This document shows positions 28,571 to 41,227 of a stretch of 64,000 nt of DNA, piece by piece. A program made the translations under genes and the position numbers. A model generated the notes under the pieces. The model searched no databases, was not told where the DNA came from, and saw only the letters and a program-made list of their open reading frames with translations. Within the stretch, counting starts at the first letter, position 1. The number at the start of each line of letters is the position of its first letter. The stretch covers positions 42,792,464 through 42,856,463 of the forward strand of contig NC_043011.1 in NCBI RefSeq assembly GCF_006345805.1, given 5' to 3'. This stretch comes from Octopus sinensis. Lineage: Eukaryota.

Positions 28571-29017
28571 AATATTCTGCTAAATACTACAGATTTGTTT
28601 GTCAGTTGTTTGACCATAACCAATTGACCATGTCCCTTAGTGGCTGACGATATGTGCATCTCTGACCACGAGCAGAAGTAATCGGGGAGCATCATAGCCG
28701 TGTGTTGAAAGGAATTCTTAGAGGTTTGGATAATTTACCTTTGGAAACATGGGTGGTTCGTTCAACACCCTTAAACAATCCTTGTTCGGGTACCTTTTGA
28801 GCAGGATGGGCTACTCGACGAGAAGAAAATTCTAACTGGGCCCCACATGCAAGGTCATGCGCTGTTTATCTTGATATGAGATCATCATGTCGCGCACATA
28901 TGGTTGTGATGCATGTGCCTGGTGTACCCTTATCAGACGGGTAGTAATGATGGGTATACTGGTCTTCGTATATTTTACCCCAGTGTCACTTTAATGGCAT
29001 GCACTGCTCTCTCACTC
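28571..29017 (+). mobile_element. family F copy, 5'-truncated
   Basis: Ends ctctcactc-(AAT)n. Confidence 0.85.
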
Positions 29018-29057
<40 letters not shown>

Positions 29058-29377
29058 TTTTCTACTAAAGGGACAAGGCCTGAAATTTTCGGGGAAGGTA
29101 CTAGTCGATGTAATGACCCCTGTGATTCACTGTTACTTAATTTGTCGACCCCGAAAGGAGGAGAGGCAATAATAATAACCAACCAACCAGAGAGGCTCTA
29201 TGCGGTCAATTGAACTGCTGAAAATTGCAGCCAAATCTCAATCAAGTTACACTATCCTTTTCTTTCTTAAGATATAAACATTTGGGCTTTTTCACTGGTT
29301 AACTCTCTGGAATTATCTCCATTCACTGATACCTTTACTCTCATCTACCCGTTGCGAATGGTCTGAAATTGAACATT

Positions 29378-29591
29378 CTTTTCTACTCTAGGCACAAGGC
29401 TCGAAAGTTTGGGGGAGGGTGCCAGTCGATTAGATCGACCTCAGTATGCAACTGGTACTTAATTTATCGATGCCGAAAAGATGAAATGCAAAGTCGACCT
29501 CGGTGGAATTTGAACTCAGAACGAAAAGATAAACGAAATACTGCTGAGCAGCTTGCCCAATGTGCTAACGTTTCTGCCAGCTCGCTGCCTT
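29378..29591 (-). mobile_element. SINE D2, full length
   Basis: Flanked by tgaaattgaa(c/t)att at 29364-29377 and 29596-29609, a probable TSD. A partial D2 lies at 29058-29165. Confidence 0.88.
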
Positions 29592-30268
29592 TGTTTGAAA
29601 TTGAATATTAATTAACTCTATCTGTGCTACAAGTTTCAAAAGGCTTGCTAAAGATTATAGAATGGAATGAAAAAAATGTATTTGTTTTTCGTAAAACCTA
29701 ACGTTGCTGAAACAGAATCGTTATTGCGCAAATAAAAGACAAAAAGATGCTTTTATATCAAAATGTATAACTTAAAATACTTATTTGTTGATGTATGTTT
29801 AGCAAGAGCAGCATGTGGAAAATTGCCTTACACGTTCATAGAACATATAGATTAGTTAATTCCACAACACAATATATATTTAGCCTAAGTCAAAATTAAT
29901 TGGTGATGACAGGACCATTTATTCTCTCCCGTAATTACAGCATCGAAATTATTTTAGAAAATTAATTCTTCGATGGTGTATTGAAATAATCAATTTGTAT
30001 AATGTTCTACAGCATGTTACTTAAATTCTACCGACAATATATTGCTGAATTTACACTAGCGAAGGGAATCTGCTTCCTTCATGCACATAATCCCTAAGAC
30101 ATTTTATTTCTGCCTCTCAGCCAAAAGGCCAAAGCCCGAAACGTTTTTGCATTTTTTTTCTCTCATAGTAATTGACTGTATGGTTCACTCTCTGAATAGT
30201 CTTGTCAATTCTTCACAGATATCTCGCTTCTGTGCAGCTAGTCTTCACTCTCTATACTAAGCTCTACT

Positions 30269-30564
30269 GTGGAGGCACATGACCTAGTGGTTAGAGCAGC
30301 GGACACGCGGTCGAGGGATCGCGGGTTCGAATCTCAGACCGGGCGATGTGAGTGTTTATGAACGAAACACCTAAGCTCCATGCGACTCCGGCAGAAGGTA
30401 AGGGTGAACTTCTGCTGACTCTTTCGCCACAACTTTCTCTCACTCTTTCCTCCTGCATCTTGCAGCTCACCTGTGACGGACTGGCGTCCCGTCCAGGTGG
30501 GGAGCCTATACGCCAAGGAAACCGGGAAACCGGTCCTTATGAGCCAGGCATGGCTTCAGAAGGA
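30269..30564 (+). mobile_element. SINE B-type head plus tail Y
   Basis: 13-bp TSD actaagctctact at 30256-30268 and 30565-30577; B box ggttcgaatc; tail ggactggcgtcccgtccag...aaaccgggaaaccgg. Confidence 0.9.
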
Positions 30565-30839
30565 ACTAAGCTCTACTATGTACAACCTTAACCCTTCACG
30601 ACGATCACTTCCTTCTAAGGTAACTATCCGCTCTCTATAGTCTCTCTCCTCTCCCAATTTAATTTTTGTACAATCTCTCTGTGCTCTCTAATCTACTTCA
30701 CCCTTTCTACATCCACTGTCTCCTCTTCCTACCATTCTTCTCTCTCTACAGTCACTCGCCTTTCTTTACAATCAATTTATTTTATGGTCATTCTTCCTCT
30801 CTGCAATCCTTCTTCTTCTTCTCTACAGTTAATCTTTTA

Positions 30840-31253
30840 TATTTTACTTGTTTCAGTCATTTGATTGCTGCCATGCTAGGGCACAACTTTGAAGAACTTT
30901 TTTTGTCGAACGAACCGACCTCAGTACTTATTCTATCGGTTCTCTATTGCCGAACTGCTAAGTTACGAGGACGTAAATACTCCAACACCGGTTGACAGCA
31001 GTGGTAACGGGGGGGACAAACACAGACACAAGGACACACACACACGCGCGCGCGCGTGTGTGTGTGTGTGCGTGCGTGTATAGATATATATACGACGGGC
31101 TCCAGTCGTATATATTCACTCGCAAATTCCCTCGCAATCTTTAGTTGGTCTGAGGCTATAGTAGAAGACACTTGCCCAAAGTAACACACAGTGAGACTGA
31201 ACCCGGAACCATATGGTTGGAAAGCAAGCTTCTTACCACACAACCACGCAACT
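30840..31253 (-). mobile_element. SINE A, diverged
   Basis: Tail, body and head are recognisable. Confidence 0.8.
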
Positions 31254-31573
31254 ATTTCTAAATCACCTCACTCTCTAAAAATACTATCCTTTCTACATTC
31301 ACTCTTCCCTCTCTGCAGTCACTCTCCTTTCTCACCTTACCAGTCATCTTCCTCTTCAATAGTTTTCTCTCAGTATAGCAGTTATACACACATCACCTTT
31401 GTAAGCGAAGGATCTACTATGGAGCCAAACAACGAATGAACATTTATGTGGTCGCCCGACTGGCTGGAAATCGTTATGTCTCCCTCAAAGTACACCCCAC
31501 CGCCTTATACAACATATCTATACAACGTATTATCCAACATCTCTGCTCCCAAAACAACAGTTTTTTTTCTTTC

Positions 31574-31699
31574 CATCATCATCATCATCATCACCATCAC
31601 CACCATCACCATCATTACCATCATCACCATCATCACCACCATCATCACCACCATCATCACCACCATCATCATCACCATCACCATCACCATCACCATCAC

Positions 31700-31740
<41 letters not shown>

Positions 31741-31747
31741 CCACCAC

Positions 31748-31790
<43 letters not shown>

Positions 31791-31915
31791 GCCATCATCA
31801 CCATCATCACCATTATCACCATCACCACCATCGCCATCATCACCACCATCATCATCATCACCATCACCATCACCATCATCATCATCATCATCATCATCAC
31901 CATCACCATCACCAC

Positions 31916-31947
<32 letters not shown>

Positions 31948-31996
31948 CCATCACCACCATCACCATCATCATCACCACCATCACCATCATCACCAT
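31574..31996. repeat. (CAT/CAC)n microsatellite followed by (CTT)n
   Basis: Direct; source of the poly-His ORF. Confidence 0.97.
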
Positions 31997-32652
31997 CTTC
32001 TTCTTCTTCTTCTTCTTCTTCTTCTCTTCCTTCTCCTCCTTTTCTTCTTCTCCTCTTCCCCCTCCTTGACATTTTTTTTACGTCACCTATCTTTCTATTT
32101 AATATGCACAAACAACACACACAACAATGGCAAAATATACAGCTTACGATGCAGGCGCAATTCGATGCCCACATCAGATAAATTGTTAAGGAATCAATTT
32201 GAGGCGAGAGATTGACAGAGATCTGTTAAAGTTACCAGAAGCCACATAGTAAGTAACAAGTGATTACTTCTTGTGGTTAGATAGCATCACAGTTCGGCAG
32301 TGAAACCGTTTTCTCTCGCTCAACTTCTCTACCTCTTTTTCTCCAATACGATCCATGTATCGAGATGGATTCAGCAAAATTTTCCAGATTCACGAAAGAT
32401 AATGTTAATGTGAGAATCCCCAAAAAATAAAACAATGGTTAATACACACACACACACACACACACGCCCCCACCCACACACACACACACGCCCCCCCCCC
32501 CCCACACACGCCCCCCCCCACACACGCCCCCCCCCACACACGCCCCCCCCCACACACAAACGCGCACACACACACACACACACACACAAACGCGGCGCGC
32601 ACACACACAACACACACACACAAACGCGCGCACAAACACACACACACAAACG

Positions 32653-32686
<34 letters not shown>

Positions 32687-32721
32687 ACGCACACACACCG
32701 ACACACACACCGACACACACA

Positions 32722-32772
<51 letters not shown>

Positions 32773-32857
32773 CACACACACAATTGCAAACAAATTGTAA
32801 TATAAGTGTTGTAAAGTATATAGAAATGCATATTTTACAAAATGCAAGCCATATGTA

Positions 32858-33172
32858 GTGGAGGTGCAATGGCTCAGTGGTTAGGGCAGCGGACTCGCGG
32901 CCAGAGGATCGCGGTTGTGTGTGTTTATTGAGGATCGGCGTTGTGTGTGTTTATTGAGCGAAAACACCTAAAGCGCCACAAGGCTCCGGCAGGGCGGTGG
33001 GGTGGCGATCCCTGTTGTACTCTTTCGCCCCAACGTTCACTCACTCTTTCTTCCTGTTTCTTGAGTAACGCTGCGATGGACTGGCGTCCCATTCAGCTGG
33101 AAGGAACACATACGCCACAGAAACCGGGAAACCGGACCCACGAGCCTGGATAGGCTTGAAAAGGGCGCAGAG
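32858..33172 (+). mobile_element. SINE B plus tail Y, B box replaced by a 26-bp duplication
   Basis: TSD aagccata(t/c)gta at 32846-32857 and 33173-33184. Confidence 0.88.
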
Positions 33173-33319
33173 AAGCCATACGTAACAAAGAAATCGATAT
33201 ATTGGTAGAGTGGAAAACTATGTTCATTGTATCAAAATATGATAGTAAACCCTGGGCTTCTGCTCATGGCTGTTTTCACGTCAGTGTTTAAGAAAATAAA
33301 ATAATTTGCAGTAGATATA

Positions 33320-33552
33320 TATTTCTTTATTACCCACAAGGGGCCAAACATAGAGGGGACAAACAAAGACAGACAGAAGTAATAAGTCAATTATATCGAC
33401 CCCAGAGCGTAACTGGCACTTATTTAATCGACCCCGAAAGGATGAAAGGCAAAATCGACCTCGGCGGAATTTGAACTCAGAACGTAACGGCAGACGAAAT
33501 ACTGCTAAGCATTTCGCCCGGCGTGCTAACCTTTCTGCCAGCTCGCCGCCTC
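33320..33552 (-). mobile_element. SINE D1, full length, young
   Basis: 13-bp TSD tgcagtagatata at 33307-33319 and 33553-33565; B box gagttcaaattcc. Confidence 0.93.
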
Positions 33553-34111
33553 TGCAGTAGATATACGATGAAGGGACGTTAAAGGTGTGCGTTGGTTCGT
33601 GAAGTCAGAAGAAGTTCTAATTCAAAGTATGCTGAGTTTTGATTTCGAATTAAGAATGCATTTAACCTCACTGACTGACCAATCACCTCTAATGCCCACA
33701 CAATGATCATATAAGTGTTGCCTGTTCCTTTGCTCCCGCACACAATTGTGAGCACACCAAGAGTGAAATACGAAACATATAGTCCTATTTTTATACACTG
33801 TGCGAGTGTGTGTGTGTGTATGTGTGTATTACATAACTATACATATACATACATACTATACATCCATCTGTCCGTCTGTCCATCCATCCATTCATTCATC
33901 CCTCCACACCTCCACACACACACACACACTCTCTCACACACACACACACACAAACTCACATGCACACTCACATGCACACTCACACACACACTCACATGCA
34001 CATCACACACACACTCACACACACACAAACTCACATGCACACTCACACACACTCACATGCACATCACACACACATACACACCACACACACACACACAAAC
34101 TCACATGCACA

Positions 34112-34147
<36 letters not shown>

Positions 34148-34581
34148 TTTATTGTAAAATTGAAAGTTATAAATACTTATATCACACACCATAACACGAA
34201 TCTGTGTAGAATAATATTCATTGTCCATTCCCTAAAGAATTCCCCACATAAATTGACGATTACTAACAGAAGCAATTCTTGCGTCAGAACACAAATCTAA
34301 ATTTAACACAAGCAACATAGATACATCAAAACTGGTTAAGCTCATAACTGATAGCGTCTAACGAACGGCAAAACTACGTGTCTGAATGCATTCAACTCAA
34401 TCTGTAAAATTCTGGAGGCAGGGCCTGCGTAAATAAGAGTCCCTCACTATTAAAGAGACGCTATAGAGGCCATTGTCACTCGGTTGGACGGTGTATGTAA
34501 CTGAAAGAGTCATCCTTATCATACGCCGTAACACAATGATTCTGCTTTAACAATTGCATTAAAAGTAACCATGTGTCTTTC

Positions 34582-34830
34582 CCTTGTTTCAGTGACTGGA
34601 CAGCGGCCATGCTACAGCATCGCCTTGGCAGCTTAGTCGAACAAATCAGTCCCACTCCTTATTTTAAAATCAGGCACTTAGTCTATTGGTCTCATTTGCA
34701 GAACTGCTAAGTTACGGAGATTTAAATAAACTAACACCTGTGGTGGAAGGAACAAAATCAAACACACACACACACACACACACACCACACACACACACAC
34801 ACACAACACACACACAACACACACACACAC

Positions 34831-34875
<45 letters not shown>

Positions 34876-35010
34876 CGGACTTCTGCGCAGTTTCCGCCCG
34901 ACAACAAACTATAGTATAGAAGAAATTTCTCAAAGTGCCGTGCAGAAGGACTGAACTTGAAAACACGAGGTTGTTAAGTGAGCTTCTTAACTACACAGCA
35001 ATGCCTGCAT
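34582..35010 (-). mobile_element. SINE A, old
   Basis: Degenerate tail, (CA)n insert and head. Confidence 0.7.
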
Positions 35011-35235
35011 TTATGAACGTGGAATACTCAACCGCTCACACTAGAAATAGACGTGGCAGGAGGTGAGTTGATTTAGCAACAGAATAGTCATCGTGGAAGC
35101 TGACGGAGGACCCAGTTACTTGATTTTTACTTTCATATATCTAATTCCCCCACCATACAAAGAAAGAAGATTATTAATAGGCTGCGGGCGTGCACACAAA
35201 TATATTCTATACACTTATATTAGTCATATTTAAAC

Positions 35236-35411
35236 GTGCATAGGTGTGGCTGTGTGATAAAAAGTATACTTCCTAACTACATGGTTCCGGGTTCAGTCTC
35301 ACTGCGTGGAACCTTGGGAAAGTGTCTTCTACTATAGCCGCAGGCTGACCAAAGCCTTGTGAGTGGATGTGGTAGATGGAAACTGAAAGAGGATTGAGAC
35401 ATGTATATATA
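35236..35411 (+). mobile_element. SINE A 5' half
   Basis: Head and CORE-like region up to aactgaaaga; a matching 3' half lies at 36050-36300. Confidence 0.8.
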
Positions 35412-35419
35412 TACATGCA

Positions 35420-35714
35420 CAGTGATGGACTGGCCAGGTTGCCAGCTTGCTCGATGGTAAGTGGGCCCCTGCGCCATTAGAATCCATATATGGTGGCCCA
35501 TGTTAGTATCTAAGGGGCCCATCCCTTCAAGTATGAGAATTTTTTGTTCACTCCTGGAAGAATGCATTACTTATTTCAGCTTGGCTGTGTTTGCAAACAA
35601 TTGAAAAGAATACTTAAAATAAATAAATAAATAAAATAAATTATAGCATTGTAGTTGCGGGTGGGCTCCATTAGTCTCCAGGGAACCAATATTTTTAGAA
35701 CCAGTCTGCCACTG
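35420..35714. mobile_element. MITE (hAT-like) with 14-bp imperfect TIRs
   Basis: cagtgatggactgg and ccagtctgccactg are 11/14 inverted; flanks tacatgca and tacataca match 7/8, a possible 8-bp TSD. Confidence 0.6.
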
Positions 35715-36049
35715 TACATACATACATACACACATACATACATACATACATACATACATACATACATACATACATACATACATACATAGAGACACTCATT
35801 TTCACTATAGGCTCCGTGTGAGCAGTCATCTAAAAGTTTTTGTGCATCTTGATGTTGACATAAGTTCCTTGCTTTTCCTGATGAGAAAGTGGAATAATAT
35901 ACTCCTTATTCCTTCGCAATTAGGAATATGCAGCCTTCGAAACATATGTCGAAAATAAAGGAATTTTGTTAATTCGTCGTTCAACTCCATTCTTTAATAT
36001 ATTTATATTTTTAAAAAAATACATACACATATATATATTTGTGCGTGCG

Positions 36050-36300
36050 AGTGTGTTGTGTGTGCGCATGTGTGTGTATGTGTGTGTGGTGTGTGTGTCA
36101 TTGTGCTTGTGTTTGTCACCCCCCCACAACCGGTGTTGGCGTGTTTATGTCCTTGTGACCTAGATGATCGGAGTGAGGGACCGATAGGATAAGTACCAGG
36201 CTTAAAAAAGAAAATAAATACTGGGGTCGATTAGTTCGACTAAAATTCCCCCAGGCAGTGCCCCAGCATGGTCGTAGACTGAAATAAACGATAAAAGATA
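36050..36300 (+). mobile_element. SINE A 3' half, diverged
   Basis: cttgtgtttgtcacccc...ccgataggataagtacc...gtgccccagcatgg. Confidence 0.75.
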
Positions 36301-36349
36301 CACTACATTGCATAAATACAATTACGCATACATTTTCAAAATCTGTCTG

Positions 36350-36506
<157 letters not shown>

Positions 36507-36542
36507 ATCTATATCTATCTATCTATCTATCTACTATCTATC

Positions 36543-36589
<47 letters not shown>

Positions 36590-36646
36590 CCCGTTCTCTC
36601 GATGTATACATGTGTGCGTGTGCATGCGTAGATACGAGTGTGGTGT

Positions 36647-36684
<38 letters not shown>

Positions 36685-37439
36685 TGAGTAAGAGAGAGGT
36701 TATGTTTGAATTTCAAGTTTACGTGTTTTCTTATATAATCGTTGAGAAATTTTAGGCTCCTCTGATCATAATTCACAGGAATATCGAAATAATGGCAACG
36801 GAAGTTCACAGGCTTATTCCTGCTTTGATCTATTGCTAACACAGACGAGTATCTCATGCTGATTTGGAACGGTGGATGGAGAGTTGGCTGACGTTTTTAT
36901 TGGATGATTCGATGGTTGGATGAAGGATGTAATCGAAGCTCGTATGATGGTGTAATAAACTAACCAGTATAACTGAGGTTATCCAACCAAATTAGGAGAC
37001 AAAAACGAACTTCCTCTAACAAGTTTTACAAATTTAAAAGAAACGATCAAGGGAAGTAATTGAAATAAGAACAGCCGATAGAAATGTTTGGATAATATGG
37101 ACAGAAGTGATTACAAAAGATCATAATAAACCCTTCGATTTTATAAGGTCTCCTCAGCGCAGAGTATTTTAATCAGATGGGAAGACTAACAATGATCAAT
37201 GCACATAGAAGCAAAAGAAATGTATTGACAGTTGAAAGTAGAGCGACGATTTTAAACTCGTAGTAAAAGATATAAGATACAACTAAATATTATGAAAATA
37301 CATCATCAGTCTCGTGGTTACCCTTTTTTGCGAGTGGTATGTCTTAAGTATATGTTTATAAAATATTGTACTGTGCTTTTATTGTTGATTCCATCATTAA
37401 TCGTATATTTTGAGGGAATTCTGAATGGAATACATGTAT

Positions 37440-38085
37440 TATTGTCTGCTTTCCTGCCTAGGTTTTATCTTGTGAATTAATGCGCCTCGTCTTTGGTAGG
37501 AGTGCATAGTGAGTTATGAGAAGATTGACGCATAAGTTTGGTAAATATAACAGTTGGAGTCTTGAAGTTTACAATTTTAGCATTTGCAAATCAAATCAGT
37601 TGTTGTTCTGTTCCATTTCAGGCTTGTGTGAGTAGAGCTATGATCGAAAGTGTTTCAGTCTCGACTTCCTCGTATTTGTAGGACATTTCTGCAGTATATT
37701 TACCAATGTCCTCCACTTTTTAGTGACTGTAGGGGGCTTTTGAAAGACGGATGACAGCTATTTCTAGCTGGTGAGAGGTCGCATAGAGGTATTCTCCATC
37801 AAATTTGTATGTCCCAGTTGTCACAAGTGGCCTGGTTTCAAGTATACGGACGTGATTGTCGCCGAAAAGAAGGTTTTCAATGTTAGTGTTTTCATAGAAT
37901 TTGACTAGTGCTAGATTGTTGTTAGCTGTTGTACAATCTTTCTTCAACTGGAAAATATCAAACCTCACTCCTTCCAAAAGTATGTGGAAGCTCTCCTCTC
38001 TTTGATAATAAGAAATCAAAATAGATTTGCATTCATATAAGTCTTCTCCACAATGATGGAAAAACTTCAAAGACTCGAAAAACAT
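37440..38085 (-). pseudogene. degenerate protein-coding-like relic, possibly trypsin-fold (FAM111/Trypsin_2-like)
   Basis: 121-aa ORF with ordinary composition that continues in frame past stops. LVKFYE, HQLEIAVIRL and LSII...NGTEQQLI loosely resemble FAM111-type VTFGYE, ELDYAVLKL and LIHIIGHPYGEKKQI. Confidence 0.3.
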
Positions 38086-38299
38086 TAAAATTTTATTTAC
38101 GAAGTCAATGTTTCATTTTACTTTTCATTCTTCACAGCGTCTGTTATAAAAAGACATTGATATAATGCATCTTATATTCAGTGTTTTTAAGATTTTGAAA
38201 TGTATTTATCTGTTCCGAAGTTAGTATGTATTTAAATCATGGAATACACTTAATGCAGAGCCTATGTATTTTGAATAGCTGTCATGTTTATCTTCTATT

Positions 38300-38739
38300 T
38301 TTTAATTGATTCGGTTACTGGACGTCGGCCAAGCTGGGGCACCACCACCACAAAGTGTTTCGTCGTACGAATACGACACCAGTATTTACATTTTTAAAGT
38401 CTGGTAGTTATTCTATCGGTCTTTTGTGGCGAGCAGTAACTTTAAGAGAACATAAGCAAACAAACGTCAAATTTCAAGCAGTAGAGAAAACACATACATA
38501 CACGCACACATACGCACATACACACGCACATGCAGACATACACAAGTACACTCACACACAAACATATATATATATATATTAGGGCGTTAGAAAAACGTAC
38601 ATTGCAAGAAATAGGAGCTAAAATGCTCTAATGGTGTAGTCCAAGCATATAATTTTAAACATATATACAGACAGGGACTATAGTTGTCATGTATATATAT
38701 ATATATATATATATAATAGATATATATATATATATATCT

Positions 38740-38774
<35 letters not shown>

Positions 38775-39010
38775 TATTTATATATATATACATATATACA
38801 TGCATATATAGATAGATGTATAATATATAAGTATGTATGTGTGTGTGTGTGTCTGTATTAGTGTACGATATGCTTCCACACAGCAAATTCAATCACAAGT
38901 CTGCTCAAGGCTATGGTAGAAGACACTTGCCGAAGGGTCCACATAGTGGGACTGAACTTGAAGGCATGTGGTTGCCAAACAAGTTCCTTCACCTCACAGC
39001 CATATCTGTT
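38300..39010 (-). mobile_element. SINE A, old, expanded by internal microsatellites and inserts
   Basis: Tail at 38300-38480 and head at 38860-39010. Confidence 0.6.
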
Positions 39011-39305
39011 CGATGTACTTATTTCGTATTCGTGACGAAAGCAACATAATACAAAAATGGCAAAATACACACACACAAACACACACATGCATACGCACAC
39101 GCACACACACACATACACACGCGTGCACGCACGTACACACACACATTGACTCTCTTCCACATACCAGTTGCTGTCTTTGGCATGAAGAGAAGAAGCGCTC
39201 AACAGATATAATTGAAGATGTATTTAATGACCATTTGAATTAGCTTCTTGGGTTAATAAAGTTGCGTGGGTGTGAACGGGTGTCTATCTTACACTAATTT
39301 TAAAT

Positions 39306-39705
39306 ATCGTTTTCTACTCTGGGCACAAGGCCCGAAATTTTGGGAGAGGGTGTCAGTCGATTAGATCAACCTCAGTACACAACTAGTACTTAATTTATCG
39401 ACCCCGAAAGAATGAAAGACAAAGTTGACCTCAGCAGAATTTGAACTCAGAACGTAAAGAAAAGCGAAATACCTATTTCTTTACTATCCACAAGGGGCTA
39501 AACACAGAGAGGACAAACAAGGACAGACAAACGGATTAAGTCTATTATATCGACCCCAGTGCGTAACTGGTACTTAATTTATCGACCCCGATAGGATGAA
39601 AGGCAAAATCGACCTCGGCGGAATTTGAACTCAGAACGTAACGGCAGACGAAATATGGCTACGCATTTCGCTGGGCGTGCTAACGTTTCTGCCAGCTCGC
39701 CGCCT
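39306..39705 (-). mobile_element. dimeric SINE D (D1 monomer joined to a headless D2)
   Basis: Junction gcgaaatacc|tatttctttact at about 39473; 12-bp direct repeat ctaattttaaat at 39294-39305 and 39715-39726. Confidence 0.88.
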
Positions 39706-39749
39706 TATATTGCTCTAATTTTAAATGTCAAAAGAAGCTAAGTTCATTA

Positions 39750-40584
39750 TCTCTCTCTCTATATATATATAAAATTGAGAATGAGTGTCTGTCTGTTTCC
39801 CTAAAACTTGAGAACTACACAACCAATTTCATTCAAATTTTAAACATGCCTTACTTAAGGTCCGGGGAGTGTCATCGGTTAACTTTTTCCCTAGGGCGAC
39901 CCCACTGCAATATCATATCTTCTCACTATTTCAGTATAGTTTACGTGTTAAAAGTGAAACAAAAACATTCTCTATTGTAATTGCAGACATCACTGTAATA
40001 CTGAAAACTATTAAAGTGAAAGTATTATATAACAGGGATGAAACATTAACAGTGGCATCCATTTTGCTAGAAGAAGATCCGCTATGATCTTATATGCTAC
40101 ACCACTGGTTTTCAATTCATGTTAATCAAATAATATTCAATTTTTCACCCTTATTATTGTGTGTATGTGTATTAGCAATTCGTATAAAATTGCATCAATG
40201 ACTTGAACGTAAATAAGTGGTTCACATAAATGGGGATAAATTAAAAGGTTTGTTGTTATTATTATTACTGTTTGACTATTGTAATCACATTTGTTGGTTC
40301 CTCGTCAGGGGACCGTTGTTGTGTTGTATTTGTTAAATAATTGTAAACCGTAACCCTCCCCCTTTCGGAGAAGGGGCTTTGGTTGTTGTTTAAAAATTGA
40401 ATGTTTCCCTGGTTGGGGAAATTGACAATATTTTCACCGTCTTTATGGAAGTAGTACTTTGGTTAAAATGCATCGATAGAAGAAAAAGTCCAAAAATGAA
40501 TTTCGGTGCAGCCGTACACTTCTATACAAGAGGGAGAGAAAGATCCAATTGATCGAAATTGCAAGGCACGGGCCTACAAGCCAG
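39750..40584 (+). mobile_element. non-autonomous Helitron (3' end uncertain)
   Basis: 5' A|TCtctctctctatat...gtctgtctg start like 61640-62013; decayed 3' end tgcaaggcacggg...CCAG|T. Confidence 0.45.
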
Positions 40585-40854
40585 TCTGTTATATATTTTG
40601 AGTATGTTATCATTAGCGATATCAAGATATCACTTGGACTCCACCTGTACTTGCTTTACAATGATTCCTTCCTGAGAGTATGAGACCTTCAGGCCATTTG
40701 ACGTTGGGGAAGTTGTTGAAATCACCCATAGAAATATGGTCACGTGGTGTTCGATTATTCATGAGTATTTCTTTAATTCTGTGAGGCAATCTTCAAACTT
40801 GCCATGTGATTTGGAGCATACGGTGGGCAATATGTTATATATATATATATATGC

Positions 40855-40901
<47 letters not shown>

Positions 40902-40924
40902 ATATATATTATATATATATATAT

Positions 40925-41045
40925 GTAGGTCCGGGTTGAGTCGGAGTTACCACAGTAAATAAGGTACTCAATACATAGCAGAGTAAATTAATTTATTTTA
41001 TTTGAATGAAACAGTTCTAGTCCTGTAGAAGCTCCTTCTATAAAT

Positions 41046-41050
<5 letters not shown>
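40925..41050. mobile_element. short unique cassette embedded in (TA)n
   Basis: About 125 bp of non-repetitive sequence with (TA)n on both sides. Confidence 0.4.
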
Positions 41051-41111
<61 letters not shown>

Positions 41112-41161
41112 TATATCTTATCATATATATATATATATATATATTATATTATATAATATAT

Positions 41162-41206
<45 letters not shown>

Positions 41207-41227
41207 TATATAGATATATATGATAGT

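Noticed and set aside
30120-30160. ggccaaagcccgaaacgtt as another hammerhead
   Set aside because: The CUGANGA half is absent. The same problem applies to the partial motifs near 22190 and 41005.
31436-32215. 259-aa poly-His ORF and overlapping poly-Asp/Met ORFs
   Set aside because: They are translations of a (CAT/CAC)n microsatellite with no unique coding sequence or splice support.
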